From the NCBI GenBank assembly GCA_000146045.2, contig BK006938.2, positions 288,001 through 352,000 on the forward strand: 64,000 nucleotides of DNA, read 5' to 3'. Each line of letters opens with the position of its first letter. The stretch's first letter is position 1. This DNA is from TPA_inf: Saccharomyces. Lineage: Eukaryota. Positions 1-10,416 of this stretch are shown here, piece by piece. The notes beneath the pieces are model-generated. The model made no database searches. It saw only the letters and a list, made by a program, of their open reading frames with translations, and was not told the origin of the DNA. A program made the translations under genes and the position numbers.

Positions 1-1512
1 AAGAACAATAAGATCCCCCAAAATGTCGTTGCTGATGTCGGCATTGGCTCCATTATCAGCTTGCGTCATCTCTCTACCATGGGCGGTTATTTGCATTCTC
101 ATTCACACAATTATCCAGCTGGTTCGGAACAACAACAAAGCACTTTATATCCTCACATGGATGCCAATAACGATTGGTTGTTGGAACTTTACAACGCACC
201 CGGCGAATCTTTAACAACATTCCAAAACCTAACCGATGGTACCAAGGTCAGACTATTCCACACTGTTACAAGATGTAGATTACACTCTCATGACCATAAG
301 CCACCCGTTTCAGAAAGCAGCGACTGGCAGAAGGAGGTTTCTTGTTATGGTTACAGCGGATTCGACGGTGATGCTAATGATGACTGGGTTGTTGAGATTG
401 ATAAAAAGAATTCTGCTCCTGGAGTTGCCCAAGAACGGGTCATAGCTTTGGACACAAAGTTTAGATTGAGACATGCTATGACAGGCTGTTATTTGTTTTC
501 CCACGAAGTCAAGTTGCCAGCTTGGGGGTTCGAACAACAAGAAGTTACCTGTGCCTCCTCCGGTAGACATGATTTAACATTGTGGTACGTTGAGAACAAC
601 AGTAACCCATTGTTACCAGAAGATACCAAGCGTATTTCCTATAAACCTGCAAGCTTCATTTCTAAATTTATTGAATCCCATAAAAAGATGTGGCATATCA
701 ATAAAAATTTGGTCGAACCTCATGTTTATGAATCACAACCAACTTCATGGCCATTCTTGCTACGTGGTATAAGTTACTGGGGTGAAAATAACAGAAACGT
801 CTATCTATTAGGTAATGCGATCGTATGGTGGGCTGTCACCGCTTTCATCGGTATTTTCGGATTGATTGTTATCACTGAGCTGTTCTCGTGGCAGTTAGGT
901 AAACCAATTTTGAAGGACTCCAAGGTTGTTAACTTCCACGTTCAGGTTATTCACTACTTATTGGGTTTTGCCGTCCATTATGCTCCATCTTTCTTAATGC
1001 AACGTCAAATGTTTTTGCATCACTACTTACCTGCTTATTATTTCGGTATTCTTGCCCTTGGCCACGCCTTGGACATAATAGTTTCTTATGTTTTCCGCAG
1101 CAAGAGACAAATGGGCTACGCGGTAGTGATCACTTTCCTTGCTGCTTCTGTGTATTTCTTCAAGAGCTTCAGTCCAATTATTTACGGTACACCATGGACT
1201 CAAGAATTGTGTCAAAAATCGCAGTGGTTGTCTGGTTGGGACTACAATTGTAACACATACTTTTCTTCATTAGAAGAGTACAAAAACCAAACCTTGACTA
1301 AACGTGAATCTCAACCTGCCGCCACTAGTACAGTTGAAGAAATCACTATAGAAGGGGACGGTCCGTCGTATGAAGATCTCATGAACGAGGATGGCAAGAA
1401 AATCTTTAAAGACACAGAAGGTAATGAACTAGATCCAGAAGTTGTCAAAAAAATGTTGGAAGAGGAGGGAGCTAACATTTTAAAAGTAGAAAAAAGGGCT
1501 GTTTTGGAATAA
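1..1512 (+). CDS. PMT1: Protein O-mannosyltransferase Pmt1, C-terminal ~500 codons; the 5' end lies upstream of the window
   Basis: Frame 1 is open from base 1 with no stop before the track ORF at 61..1512. The product has MIR-domain motifs (GGYLHSHSHNYPAGS, LYPHMDANNDWLLEL, HSHDHKPPVS) followed by C-terminal transmembrane segments. It is paralogous to the full PMT gene immediately downstream. Confidence 0.9.
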   Translation, partial: KNNKIPQNVVADVGIGSIISLRHLSTMGGYLHSHSHNYPAGSEQQQSTLYPHMDANNDWLLELYNAPGESLTTFQNLTDGTKVRLFHTVTRCRLHSHDHKPPVSESSDWQKEVSCYGYSGFDGDANDDWVVEIDKKNSAPGVAQERVIALDTKFRLRHAMTGCYLFSHEVKLPAWGFEQQEVTCASSGRHDLTLWYVENNSNPLLPEDTKRISYKPASFISKFIESHKKMWHINKNLVEPHVYESQPTSWPFLLRGISYWGENNRNVYLLGNAIVWWAVTAFIGIFGLIVITELFSWQLGKPILKDSKVVNFHVQVIHYLLGFAVHYAPSFLMQRQMFLHHYLPAYYFGILALGHALDIIVSYVFRSKRQMGYAVVITFLAASVYFFKSFSPIIYGTPWTQELCQKSQWLSGWDYNCNTYFSSLEEYKNQTLTKRESQPAATSTVEEITIEGDGPSYEDLMNEDGKKIFKDTEGNELDPEVVKKMLEEEGANILKVEKRAVLE

Positions 1513-1908
1513 ATTTCCCAGTACTCTCCACATTTTTATGTAAAGTCTTCTATAAGCTCTCGAGCGTATAATTAAAAACGAAAATAGACAAAAAAAACAT
1601 CATGAATAAAAAAAATGTCTTGAAGCTGACTATATTGTCCATCTGCGTTTAGAGACACGTATTCTATTTCGCTCAAATAAGTATGATCTGCAAGTAGTTT
1701 CAGTGGTATTATCATTTCGCACCGTTTTTTTTCCAAGAACTCGTTTACGTGCCGCGAAAAGTCTATCGAATAGGCATTCGAGAACAATAGAAAAGGAACA
1801 GAAGCGTAGTACATATTATGCATAGACCCGTTTCTTTTCTTCTTTTTCGAAAATATTCTTATTGATTTAACAATTAAGCAGGTGTGTAAGATCATAACTG
1901 CTTTAAAG

Positions 1909-4140
1909 ATGAATAAAGAGCATTTGCTGAAGGTGGATCCCATCCCCGATGTGACTATTAAACGCGGCCCTTTGAGGTCTTTTCTCATAACAAAACCCTG
2001 TGATAATTTGAGTTCATTACGAACAGTTACTTCATCTAAGGAAAAGCTTCTAGTTGGCTGTTTGCTGATATTTACTGCCATCGTAAGGCTACACAATATC
2101 TCCCTGCCAAATAGTGTTGTTTTTGGTGAAAATGAAGTTGGTACATTTGTTTCTCAATACGTGAACAACATATTCTTCACCGATGTTCATCCTCCTTTAG
2201 TGGCAATGCTATATGCAACCGTGTCCTCTGTTTTTGGTTATAAAGGGCTTTTCAATTATGGGAACATTGGTACTGAATACACGGCAAACGTTCCATACGT
2301 CGCGATGAGGTTCTTTTCTGCTACTTTGGGCATCGTGTCCGTTTTGGTATTATACTTAACGTTACGAGTTTCTGGCGTGAAAATTGCGGTAGCTGCCATT
2401 TGTGCAGTATGTTTTGCAATTGAAAACTCCTTTGTAACGTTGTCTCGTTTCACCTTGATAGAGGGACCCTTTGTTTTTTTCATGGCATGTGCAGTTTATT
2501 TCTTTAGAAGATCGGAACTTTATTTGCCAAATTCATGTAAAGCAAACAAGTCATTACTTGCTGCGAGCATTGCATTGGGATTTGCAGTTTCTTCAAAATG
2601 GGCTGGCCTCTTCACCATCGCATGGGCTGGTATTATTGTCCTTTGGAGAGTATGGTTCATGATTGGTGATTTGTCAAGACCCATTGGTTCTTCTATCAAA
2701 TATATGGCGTTCCAGTTTACCTGTCTATTAGCTATTCCTGCCTTCATCTATTTTCTCATTTTCAGCGTGCATATTAAGACATTAAACGTGAATGGTATTA
2801 GTAGTAGCTTTTTTCCCGCTGAGTTTAGAAAAACTTTAAAATACAACAACGTTATTAAAGAGACTGTGGCAGAAGTTGCAGTGGGTTCCGCTGTTTCACT
2901 GAATCATGTTGGAACGGCAGGTGGTTACTTGCATTCTCATCTTCACAATTATCCGGCTGGTTCCATGCAACAACAAGTTACTTTGTATCCTCACATCGAC
3001 CAAAATAACAAATGGATTATTGAGCTGGCTGAACATCCAAATGAAAATGTCACAAGTTTCCAAAATTTAACCGACGGTACCATAATTAAATTAAGACAGC
3101 TTAAGAACGGCTGCAGGTTACACTCACATGACCACAAACCTCCAGTTTCTCAAAATGCGGATTGGCAAAAAGAGGTGTCATGTTATGGATACGAGGGCTT
3201 CGAAGGTGATATAAATGATGATTGGATAATTGAAATCGATAAAAAGAGATCAGAGCCGGGACCTGCCCAGGAACATATTAGGGCTATTGAAACCAAATTT
3301 AGGCTGAAGCATTATCTAACTGGTTGTTACTTATTTTCACATCCTGAAAAGCTACCTGAGTGGGGATTCGGGCAGCAGGAAGTTACGTGTGCATACTTTG
3401 CAAGGGAAGACTTAACTTCATGGTATATTGAAGAAAACGAAAACGAAATTTCTTTGCCAAATCCAGAGAAGGTTTCTTATAAGAAAATGAGCTTTTGGCA
3501 GAAGTTTGTTGCTATCCACAAGTTCATGTTCTACCTTAACAATTATATGGATACTAGTCATGCCTACTCATCTGAACCAAAGACTTGGCCTCTTATGTTG
3601 CGTGGTATTGATTTTTGGAATGAAAATGGCAGAGAGGTGTACTTTTTAGGTAACGCTGTTTTGTGGTGGTCTGTCACAGCATTTATTTGCACGTTCATCA
3701 TTGGAGTGGCTGTTGAGCTTCTTGCTTGGAAATTAGGTGTGAATATTCTACGGGATAAGCACATCATAAATTTCCACTATCAGGTCTTTCAGTACTTATT
3801 AGGCTTTGCCGCCCACTATTTCCCTTACTTCTTTGTGGGGCAAAAGTTATTTTTGTACGATTATTTGCCGGCCTATTATTTTGGTATCCTAGCATTTGGT
3901 CATGCTTTAGACCTGATTTCAACCTATATTTCTAACAAAAGAAACAATACTGGATATATAGTGGTGGCTATTTTCATGGTTGTATGTTTCTATTTCTTCA
4001 GCGAGCATTCTCCACTTATTTATGCTACTGGATGGTCGAGTAACCTGTGTAAGAGGTCCAAGTGGTTAGGAAGCTGGGACTTTTATTGCAATTCACTATT
4101 ACTATCCGATAGCCACTATGAATTAAACGCTGAATCATGA
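1909..4140 (+). CDS. PMT5: Protein O-mannosyltransferase, PMT1-subfamily paralog, 743 aa
   Basis: The track ORF 1882..4140 begins at a GTG. The first ATG is at 1909 (MNKEHLLK), giving 743 aa. It has the same MIR motifs as the upstream gene (GGYLHSHLHNYPAGS, LYPHIDQNNKWIIEL, HSHDHKPPVS) and an N-terminal multi-TM PMT domain. Confidence 0.88.
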   Translation: MNKEHLLKVDPIPDVTIKRGPLRSFLITKPCDNLSSLRTVTSSKEKLLVGCLLIFTAIVRLHNISLPNSVVFGENEVGTFVSQYVNNIFFTDVHPPLVAMLYATVSSVFGYKGLFNYGNIGTEYTANVPYVAMRFFSATLGIVSVLVLYLTLRVSGVKIAVAAICAVCFAIENSFVTLSRFTLIEGPFVFFMACAVYFFRRSELYLPNSCKANKSLLAASIALGFAVSSKWAGLFTIAWAGIIVLWRVWFMIGDLSRPIGSSIKYMAFQFTCLLAIPAFIYFLIFSVHIKTLNVNGISSSFFPAEFRKTLKYNNVIKETVAEVAVGSAVSLNHVGTAGGYLHSHLHNYPAGSMQQQVTLYPHIDQNNKWIIELAEHPNENVTSFQNLTDGTIIKLRQLKNGCRLHSHDHKPPVSQNADWQKEVSCYGYEGFEGDINDDWIIEIDKKRSEPGPAQEHIRAIETKFRLKHYLTGCYLFSHPEKLPEWGFGQQEVTCAYFAREDLTSWYIEENENEISLPNPEKVSYKKMSFWQKFVAIHKFMFYLNNYMDTSHAYSSEPKTWPLMLRGIDFWNENGREVYFLGNAVLWWSVTAFICTFIIGVAVELLAWKLGVNILRDKHIINFHYQVFQYLLGFAAHYFPYFFVGQKLFLYDYLPAYYFGILAFGHALDLISTYISNKRNNTGYIVVAIFMVVCFYFFSEHSPLIYATGWSSNLCKRSKWLGSWDFYCNSLLLSDSHYELNAES

Positions 4141-4780
4141 TCCATCCACCCGTATTCAGATTGGACATTCGTTTAGCAAAAGATTTAAAAACTACATTTG
4201 AGCTAAACTGCGGGAAAGATCTACGTACATATGGAAAAGAACCAGATGTATATGAAAAAAGAGTTCATAACCGGTCACAATGCAACACTTTCCTATCTTG
4301 TTCTTTCGTTGAATTTCACTAAACAACTAACGAATACCAAAAAAATGATCCGTATTAAGTAATGTATATACATATATATTGTCAAATACAACAAGATATT
4401 TAATAAACAAAGAATAGATGAATTAGGATTGAACCGGTAAAAGGAAAGCTGTGAACATGGTATTTCTCTTATCGGGCTTTTCAAGATCACCACTGAGTGG
4501 CATTTTAAGCACATGAGGAGATGAACGTAGGCAGATCAAAACATTCAGCCGATGATAAAGACTACAACAGCTATTTGATTGTCTTTGCATAATCGCCCTA
4601 AATTGGAGGCTTCTACAAAACAACTAATTACATATTCTTACTTCCTCGCCCGTGCAAAAGGATAATATATCTCTCATTTGAAAAAATAGCCATACTTAAC
4701 GTTAATGTTTAACTTACGGGTTGGCATACCTCTTCTTTAATACAAATCAAAAAACGTAGCTTTCTTACCACCCTAAAACA

Positions 4781-5221
4781 ATGGCAAATACTGGCTGTTT
4801 ATCACCAGGTGCATTTTTATCAAAGGTTCCAGAATTTTTCCAGACTGCGAATGAAAAACATATAACTGTGCGTCTAACGGCCAAAAGACTCATAGAACAC
4901 GATCCTGTGGAAGGGAATCTTGAATTTGATTCTACCAACCATCCTGACTATGATGTATCTAAAAAGGCTTCTGAAATTTCAGTTAGCTCAAGATCTGACA
5001 GAGAATACCCACTATTAATCAGAATGTCTTATGGCTCGCATGACAAGAAAACAAAATGCTCAACAGTGGTAAAAGCAAGTGAGTTAGATCAATTTTGGCA
5101 AGAGTATTCATCTGTATTTAAGGGGGGCATGCAGAATTTGATCAAGAAGAAGAAAAAGAAGAGTAAGAACGGTACCATCAGTAAGACAGGAAAGAAAAAC
5201 AAGGTAGCGAAGAAAAACTGA
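4781..5221 (+). CDS. SRP14: Signal recognition particle subunit Srp14, 146 aa, with a lysine-rich C-terminal tail
   Basis: Intact ORF MANTGCLSPGAFLSKVPEFF...KKKKKKSKNGTISKTGKKNKVAKKN. Length and basic tail fit SRP14. Position fits the chrIV gene order. Confidence 0.8.
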   Translation: MANTGCLSPGAFLSKVPEFFQTANEKHITVRLTAKRLIEHDPVEGNLEFDSTNHPDYDVSKKASEISVSSRSDREYPLLIRMSYGSHDKKTKCSTVVKASELDQFWQEYSSVFKGGMQNLIKKKKKKSKNGTISKTGKKNKVAKKN

Positions 5222-5391
5222 TGCACGTGACACTTGAGTCAAAAGGCATGTGCGCCTCTTGTTATCTTTGGATGTGTAGATTAAAGGATGGCAACGTAGA
5301 TATAAAAGATTAATTGCATAAAGTTGTGTAGATATAAATTTAACTAAACTTTAGAATAAACGTTTTGAGATGACTATTTTTGAAATTCCTT

Positions 5392-6759
5392 TCATTCGTC
5401 CAGGCGTTCCATTACAATATTTCCTGATGGATATATGCCGCTAACGTCAGATATTTTGGTAGATAAATCAAGCTCTCTTCTTGGTACCGGCGTGATCAAT
5501 TTGAAGCTATACTGGTGCTGATAATTAGCAGGTTGGTATACGGGTAAAGTATCGTTTTCTGAGTTCAACATGTCATGCAACTGTAATTCTACGAAGGCAT
5601 ATATCTCCTCCGTTGGTAGAGATGCGTCAAACTTTCTCACTAATCTCTGCCCATTTTCTAGTCTGATCGCAACTTTGCTTGCATCTTTATCAGAAGAGGG
5701 TTCGGGTTTTAGTTGGCTTTTTCTCCACAATAGCCATTGGTTTTCTATTCTTTGGTGCTCTCTTTCCATTTGTTCTCTTTGGGTCTGTTCCAATCTTTCT
5801 GATTCTCTTTGTTGATCACGTCTTAAGGAATCCTGGTATCTTGAATCCTGTTGTTGTCTTATTAATCTCTGCATTTCAATATTTTGTCTTTGCTGACGCA
5901 ATTGAATTAATCGAGAATAATTCTTGGAGAATATGGCCTCCAAATCTTGGGCTTTGTAGTTAGAAATAGAACCTTCAACTCTTGCTATTAACTCTATTTT
6001 TTTCTCAGCCTTTAAAGAAATTATTCCAAGTAGGGGATATTGCCTAATTTTTAATGCATTGGAAACTTGCAACCCCTCGGATGTAGTAACGTCACCATAC
6101 CATAGTAATACCTGGTACTTCCTTATCATGTTAACAAAGGCTTCTGAGCACAATATTTTATTAACGTAATCCATATGATTATCCAACAATGGGTCATGTA
6201 AATAAATGACTCCAAATTTCACTTGTTCGCTACAAGCATCCAATAATTCAGTGTAACTATTTTGCATAATGCTTTTGGAAAATGTTCCATTTTCAGGGTT
6301 GTATAAAGAACCAAAACTAAACTGGACCCCACTGCTCTCATTGTTGCTCGTACTGTCAGTATTGCTGCCATCATCATTATTCCCGTTACCTTCAGAACAC
6401 GTTACAGCTTGAGCTTCGTTTTCTAGATTTTCTAAAAGACGGTGTAATTGGGAACTGTGGTCTAGTAAACGGTTGTGCTTCCTCTGGTAGAATCCGTGAA
6501 GTCTTAATAGAGGTTTTAAAAGACGTGAACTTCGGACAATGAAATTCAATAAATAATAAAGAACTATTAGGGGAGCTTGAAATAAAAAATGGAGTATTGA
6601 TTTTAAGCGTCCATCCCGGCTCTGTGTGGGTTCATTTGTATTGCTGTTTTGATCTTCTGTCCTTCCATTCAAATCAGCAGGTGGTTCTTCTCTAAAAGCA
6701 CCTGGGATTCGAATAAAGGAATCATCATTATTTCCAAAAGTATGCCTAAATATATCCAT
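5392..6759 (-). CDS. UBX3: UBX domain protein, 455 aa
   Basis: 455-aa ORF with a central Gln/Arg-rich coiled-coil and a C-terminal UBX-like fold. Length and position match YDL091C. Confidence 0.75.
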
Positions 6760-7033
6760 GTTTAAAGGGTATGTTTAAATCGCAGTCAAGCCGATTGATG
6801 AGGTACAACAAAATTTGGGAGTACGATTGCCCGCTGTTTTTGAACTTACTCTCACTTTTTGCTTCGTATGTAATTAAGCAAGGATGTGTTACAATAAGAT
6901 TTCGCTTTGTTATTATCGTTTTAAAAGCGGTCGCCGAAGTGTCGAATAAAGGACAATGATAACGTAAAGAGAAAGAAATTGGAAAGAGACTGACCGCTAA
7001 GGAGATTGAATACATATATATAATAGTATGTGG

Positions 7034-8329
7034 TTAACTTGGAGAAGATAAATTGGATTTAAAGTAGTGGATAATTTTTCTTACATTTTCTATTGGTAAA
7101 CCATAGACAGGGTTGACATCAGTAAGTTTCGATGATCCAATTAGGCGGTCTGGAGTACACTTAATATTATGTGGAGAATCATTAGGAGTGCAACTGTATG
7201 AACTTTCCGCAACAGCCAGTCCTAATAGGCAATAATTTGTATGGTAAAAGTCTGAGTGGGCCCCTGGTTTATCTCTCAAACCAGGTTGCTCTTTTTCTTG
7301 GCAACAGTACAATATGTAGTCCCGAAGAGCATGTTTGTTGAAGCATTGGCCATATCCAAAAGCTTCAAGAATGGCAGCCGAACCTCCAACCCAAAAACTA
7401 TAGCAACCGTCAACAAGTTTGTTGCTCCTTCCGCAAAATCCTCGTTCTTCTTGCAATTGACGAGCACTAGACCATTCTAAAAGCTTTTCAACATTTATTT
7501 GGTCCATGGACCTTAAAATTGCTAGACTAGCTGTAGCACAGAAAGTATAGCCTCCGTGTGCCTCATCTACGTGAGGACAACTGCCGAATCCACCTTCATA
7601 ATTTTGACAATTTTTCAAATAGTTTAACACACCTTCTGTAAGCTCTTCTGTAAGAATATTTAATAAGGTTGCTATGCTCAAGGCACAGTATATACCTCTT
7701 GTATCCACTTCTCCGACTTCTAAACAGGTCTTGAATCCTCCATTAGGCTCTTTCAACGATATCAGCCATTGGTAAATTCCTTTTCGATCAATTCTGTCCC
7801 AGCATCCATCTATGTTATCGCAAAGGGAGAGAGCATTAATTGCAGCATAAGTGCTGGCCAAATGAGATAATTGGCCAGGACCTCCACCAAAGGGTCCTCC
7901 TGAAGGACTAATAGTAAAGAGCTTATCTACAATTTTTCTTTTGGTGTCATCTGAAAGCCAGTCTCTGTCCATTACCTTCAATGAGTTAGCAATCCAATAT
8001 AGCATCCACGGTTGTGAAGCATCTAGTGCTGTCATTTGTGGAGGTAACGATATCTCAAAAGCGACATCCAAGTACATTTTGTGAAACTCTTTCGTGAGAG
8101 CAGGTTCTATATTCTTTTCATCATCGTATATCTCTAATACACTTTGTAGTACTTTGTATCGTGCTTCTGTAGTGTCGGTTTCTAGTTCCTTCATCAATGG
8201 TTGGATTGCTTTACTTGAATCTACATGCGCTATATCGACGACTCTTTCCATAACTGGTCTCTTTCTTCCTAATAAGGCAGTATTTATAAATTTAGCCCTA
8301 GCTATGGACCTTCCTACTCTCTGTCGCAT
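7034..8329 (-). CDS. RAM1: Protein farnesyltransferase beta subunit, 431 aa
   Basis: 431 aa with repeated prenyltransferase alpha-alpha toroid repeats (GGFGGxP, GGFxxxP motifs; GSCPHVDEAHGGYTFCATASLAIL). Length and position match YDL090C. Confidence 0.85.
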   Translation of the reverse strand: MRQRVGRSIARAKFINTALLGRKRPVMERVVDIAHVDSSKAIQPLMKELETDTTEARYKVLQSVLEIYDDEKNIEPALTKEFHKMYLDVAFEISLPPQMTALDASQPWMLYWIANSLKVMDRDWLSDDTKRKIVDKLFTISPSGGPFGGGPGQLSHLASTYAAINALSLCDNIDGCWDRIDRKGIYQWLISLKEPNGGFKTCLEVGEVDTRGIYCALSIATLLNILTEELTEGVLNYLKNCQNYEGGFGSCPHVDEAHGGYTFCATASLAILRSMDQINVEKLLEWSSARQLQEERGFCGRSNKLVDGCYSFWVGGSAAILEAFGYGQCFNKHALRDYILYCCQEKEQPGLRDKPGAHSDFYHTNYCLLGLAVAESSYSCTPNDSPHNIKCTPDRLIGSSKLTDVNPVYGLPIENVRKIIHYFKSNLSSPS

Positions 8330-8819
8330 ACGCTTTGATTGCCTATAGCTTTACAAGCACTGCAGTTGTTTCTGCATAAGAACGGCGATGATATGGACCC
8401 TTGCTTGGTTTATCCTAGCCACTTTCGCGTGTTTCAGTTTCAAGCTTTCCTAATCAGGCAACAGCTTATACGAAAAGATTAATAAGTTACAATGTTAAAC
8501 AGTTTCGCTTCAAGACCTCTAACGTTAGCCAGAAATAATAAGAATAGGTGGATTAAGTTACAAGTGTTTTTGTCCTCCTACTTAATCAGAACAGAGCACG
8601 GGAATAGTGATCTCTTTCAATAGCGAAAGGAGGGAAAAATAGCCCTGCAATATATAAAGGAAGAAGTTAACACCGTATTAAAAGGGGTGAGGCCGTTGGG
8701 ACAAGTGGTAGTTTCCTTAAAGTCTGGTTTGATTGACAATATTTAGAAGTTAGTGAAACGAACAACCTAAAAAACTTTGTTGTGCAGTAGAGAGCTTTAC
8801 ATTTACCTTCGGCAGTAAA

Positions 8820-10274
8820 ATGGGTTCAAATGATTTGATAAATGAAGCATATGACGACTCGGAAGTAGTTGGTGAGGAAAGAGAATCAAAATCTGCATGG
8901 ATGAAGAGGTGGTATCAGCTACTTACTTCTCCTTTAGACTTGCAGTTGGTAATAAATGAAAAGTTAGAAATGATCAACTGGGATGCTTATGCTAAAAGTC
9001 TAGCTAAGCCATTAGGGAATTTTTTAACAATACTTTTTTTTATCATAAGACTCTTGCAGGACAATTTGATCAAGCCCAACTATTACAAACTAAACGTCAA
9101 GTCTGGCGCTTTCGATCTTTCTAAATCCAATAAATTAAAAGAGTTTGATTATCTATGGGAGATATCATCCAGCTTTCAAAACAATAATCAATTTTATGCA
9201 TTTCAATCTTGGTATTTTGTTACCTTAAGGTTTTTGAATAATCTTTTCAGGTTTACTATTTTCATACTGCTGTCCCTGAACCTGTACGTAAGCTGTAAAT
9301 TCATGTTTGGATACTTTAAGACTTACAATCTCTTCCATTTGAAAAAAGAGTTCAACTCCCCAAACCTCACTAAACACAACTTGAAGGATCTAAGCAAAGA
9401 ATACTATGAAGATATTTATAAGCAGTCCTTGTGGTCTATGTTGAAGCATTTTTTCAGAGGATCTCGTGATGACGGTCCTCATGTTAATCAAAATGAAGAT
9501 GAGATATTTTTTCAGTTAAGAAAATGGATCCCCACTAACTTCATGATTAATCTTTTTGTGTCTTTTTCACCAACGGCAATTGTTTTTTTAAGCTTTTCTG
9601 ATGTTTCGTTTACTTCAGCAATTGCTATAGTATTCCATCAATATATTCTGGATTATATCATAACTAAGAGATTTCAAAGAAGCGTGGACGACGACTTGAT
9701 TTTATCAAGTGCAGCTTTGCAAGAATATGAGGACAAGCATATAATGGCACGAATTAACCAATGCAGCAATATAGATACTCTATCATCTGCAATGGGTACT
9801 AGATCTAAAACACCGAGAATATTCACCACTCACTCCCTATGTGGCGAAGAAATCAGAGAGGTTTATAATTATGAAAAAAGGGAATTTGAGGCATTACCGA
9901 AAATGACAGAAAGTGTGCCAGGATCCCGTGAAACCAGAATAAAGGATTATGGAGGCATTTCTCAAGTATCTGACCATCAAAGTCATCCCATTGGTTTTCA
10001 TTATTCTCCTAGAATGTCCCCATATTATAGGGATAAAGTTTTGGATAACAATTTGGCTCAATCATCGTCAAATGAAAATTTAGAGAAGGGCGGAGCTTAC
10101 CTGCCGAATCAAGACCAAAATAGACCATCGAAATCCCTGAGCCCATTGAGAAAAACGCCTTTAAGCGCACGACAGAAAAGGTTTGAAGGCTCAGAGTTCA
10201 ATGTATTGAATAAGAATGATATTAATTCCATTCTTCGCTCTCCAAAGAAAAAGAAGAACTATCACAAAAGATAA
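8820..10274 (+). CDS. NUR1: Nuclear rim membrane protein, 484 aa
   Basis: 484-aa ORF with hydrophobic segments and a Ser/Pro-rich basic C-terminus (SPKKKKNYHKR). Length and position match YDL089W. Confidence 0.7.
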   Translation: MGSNDLINEAYDDSEVVGEERESKSAWMKRWYQLLTSPLDLQLVINEKLEMINWDAYAKSLAKPLGNFLTILFFIIRLLQDNLIKPNYYKLNVKSGAFDLSKSNKLKEFDYLWEISSSFQNNNQFYAFQSWYFVTLRFLNNLFRFTIFILLSLNLYVSCKFMFGYFKTYNLFHLKKEFNSPNLTKHNLKDLSKEYYEDIYKQSLWSMLKHFFRGSRDDGPHVNQNEDEIFFQLRKWIPTNFMINLFVSFSPTAIVFLSFSDVSFTSAIAIVFHQYILDYIITKRFQRSVDDDLILSSAALQEYEDKHIMARINQCSNIDTLSSAMGTRSKTPRIFTTHSLCGEEIREVYNYEKREFEALPKMTESVPGSRETRIKDYGGISQVSDHQSHPIGFHYSPRMSPYYRDKVLDNNLAQSSSNENLEKGGAYLPNQDQNRPSKSLSPLRKTPLSARQKRFEGSEFNVLNKNDINSILRSPKKKKNYHKR

Positions 10275-10416
10275 CGTTTCTTAATTATGTCTAAGTATAT
10301 ACAGTTACGTAAAAATCAATAAACAAAAGTAAAACAATGCTGTTTGAAAAGTTATCAAAATAATAAATGTATGAAGTATTGTAAATGTTCATGAATAATT
10401 AGCTGGACGATTTCTG

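Noticed and set aside
1572-2096. 174-aa minus-strand ORF overlapping the PMT5 start and 5' region
   Set aside because: It is antisense to a well-supported conserved gene, has low-complexity hydrophobic composition and no recognisable domain. It is typical of dubious overlapping ORFs (probably YDL094C).
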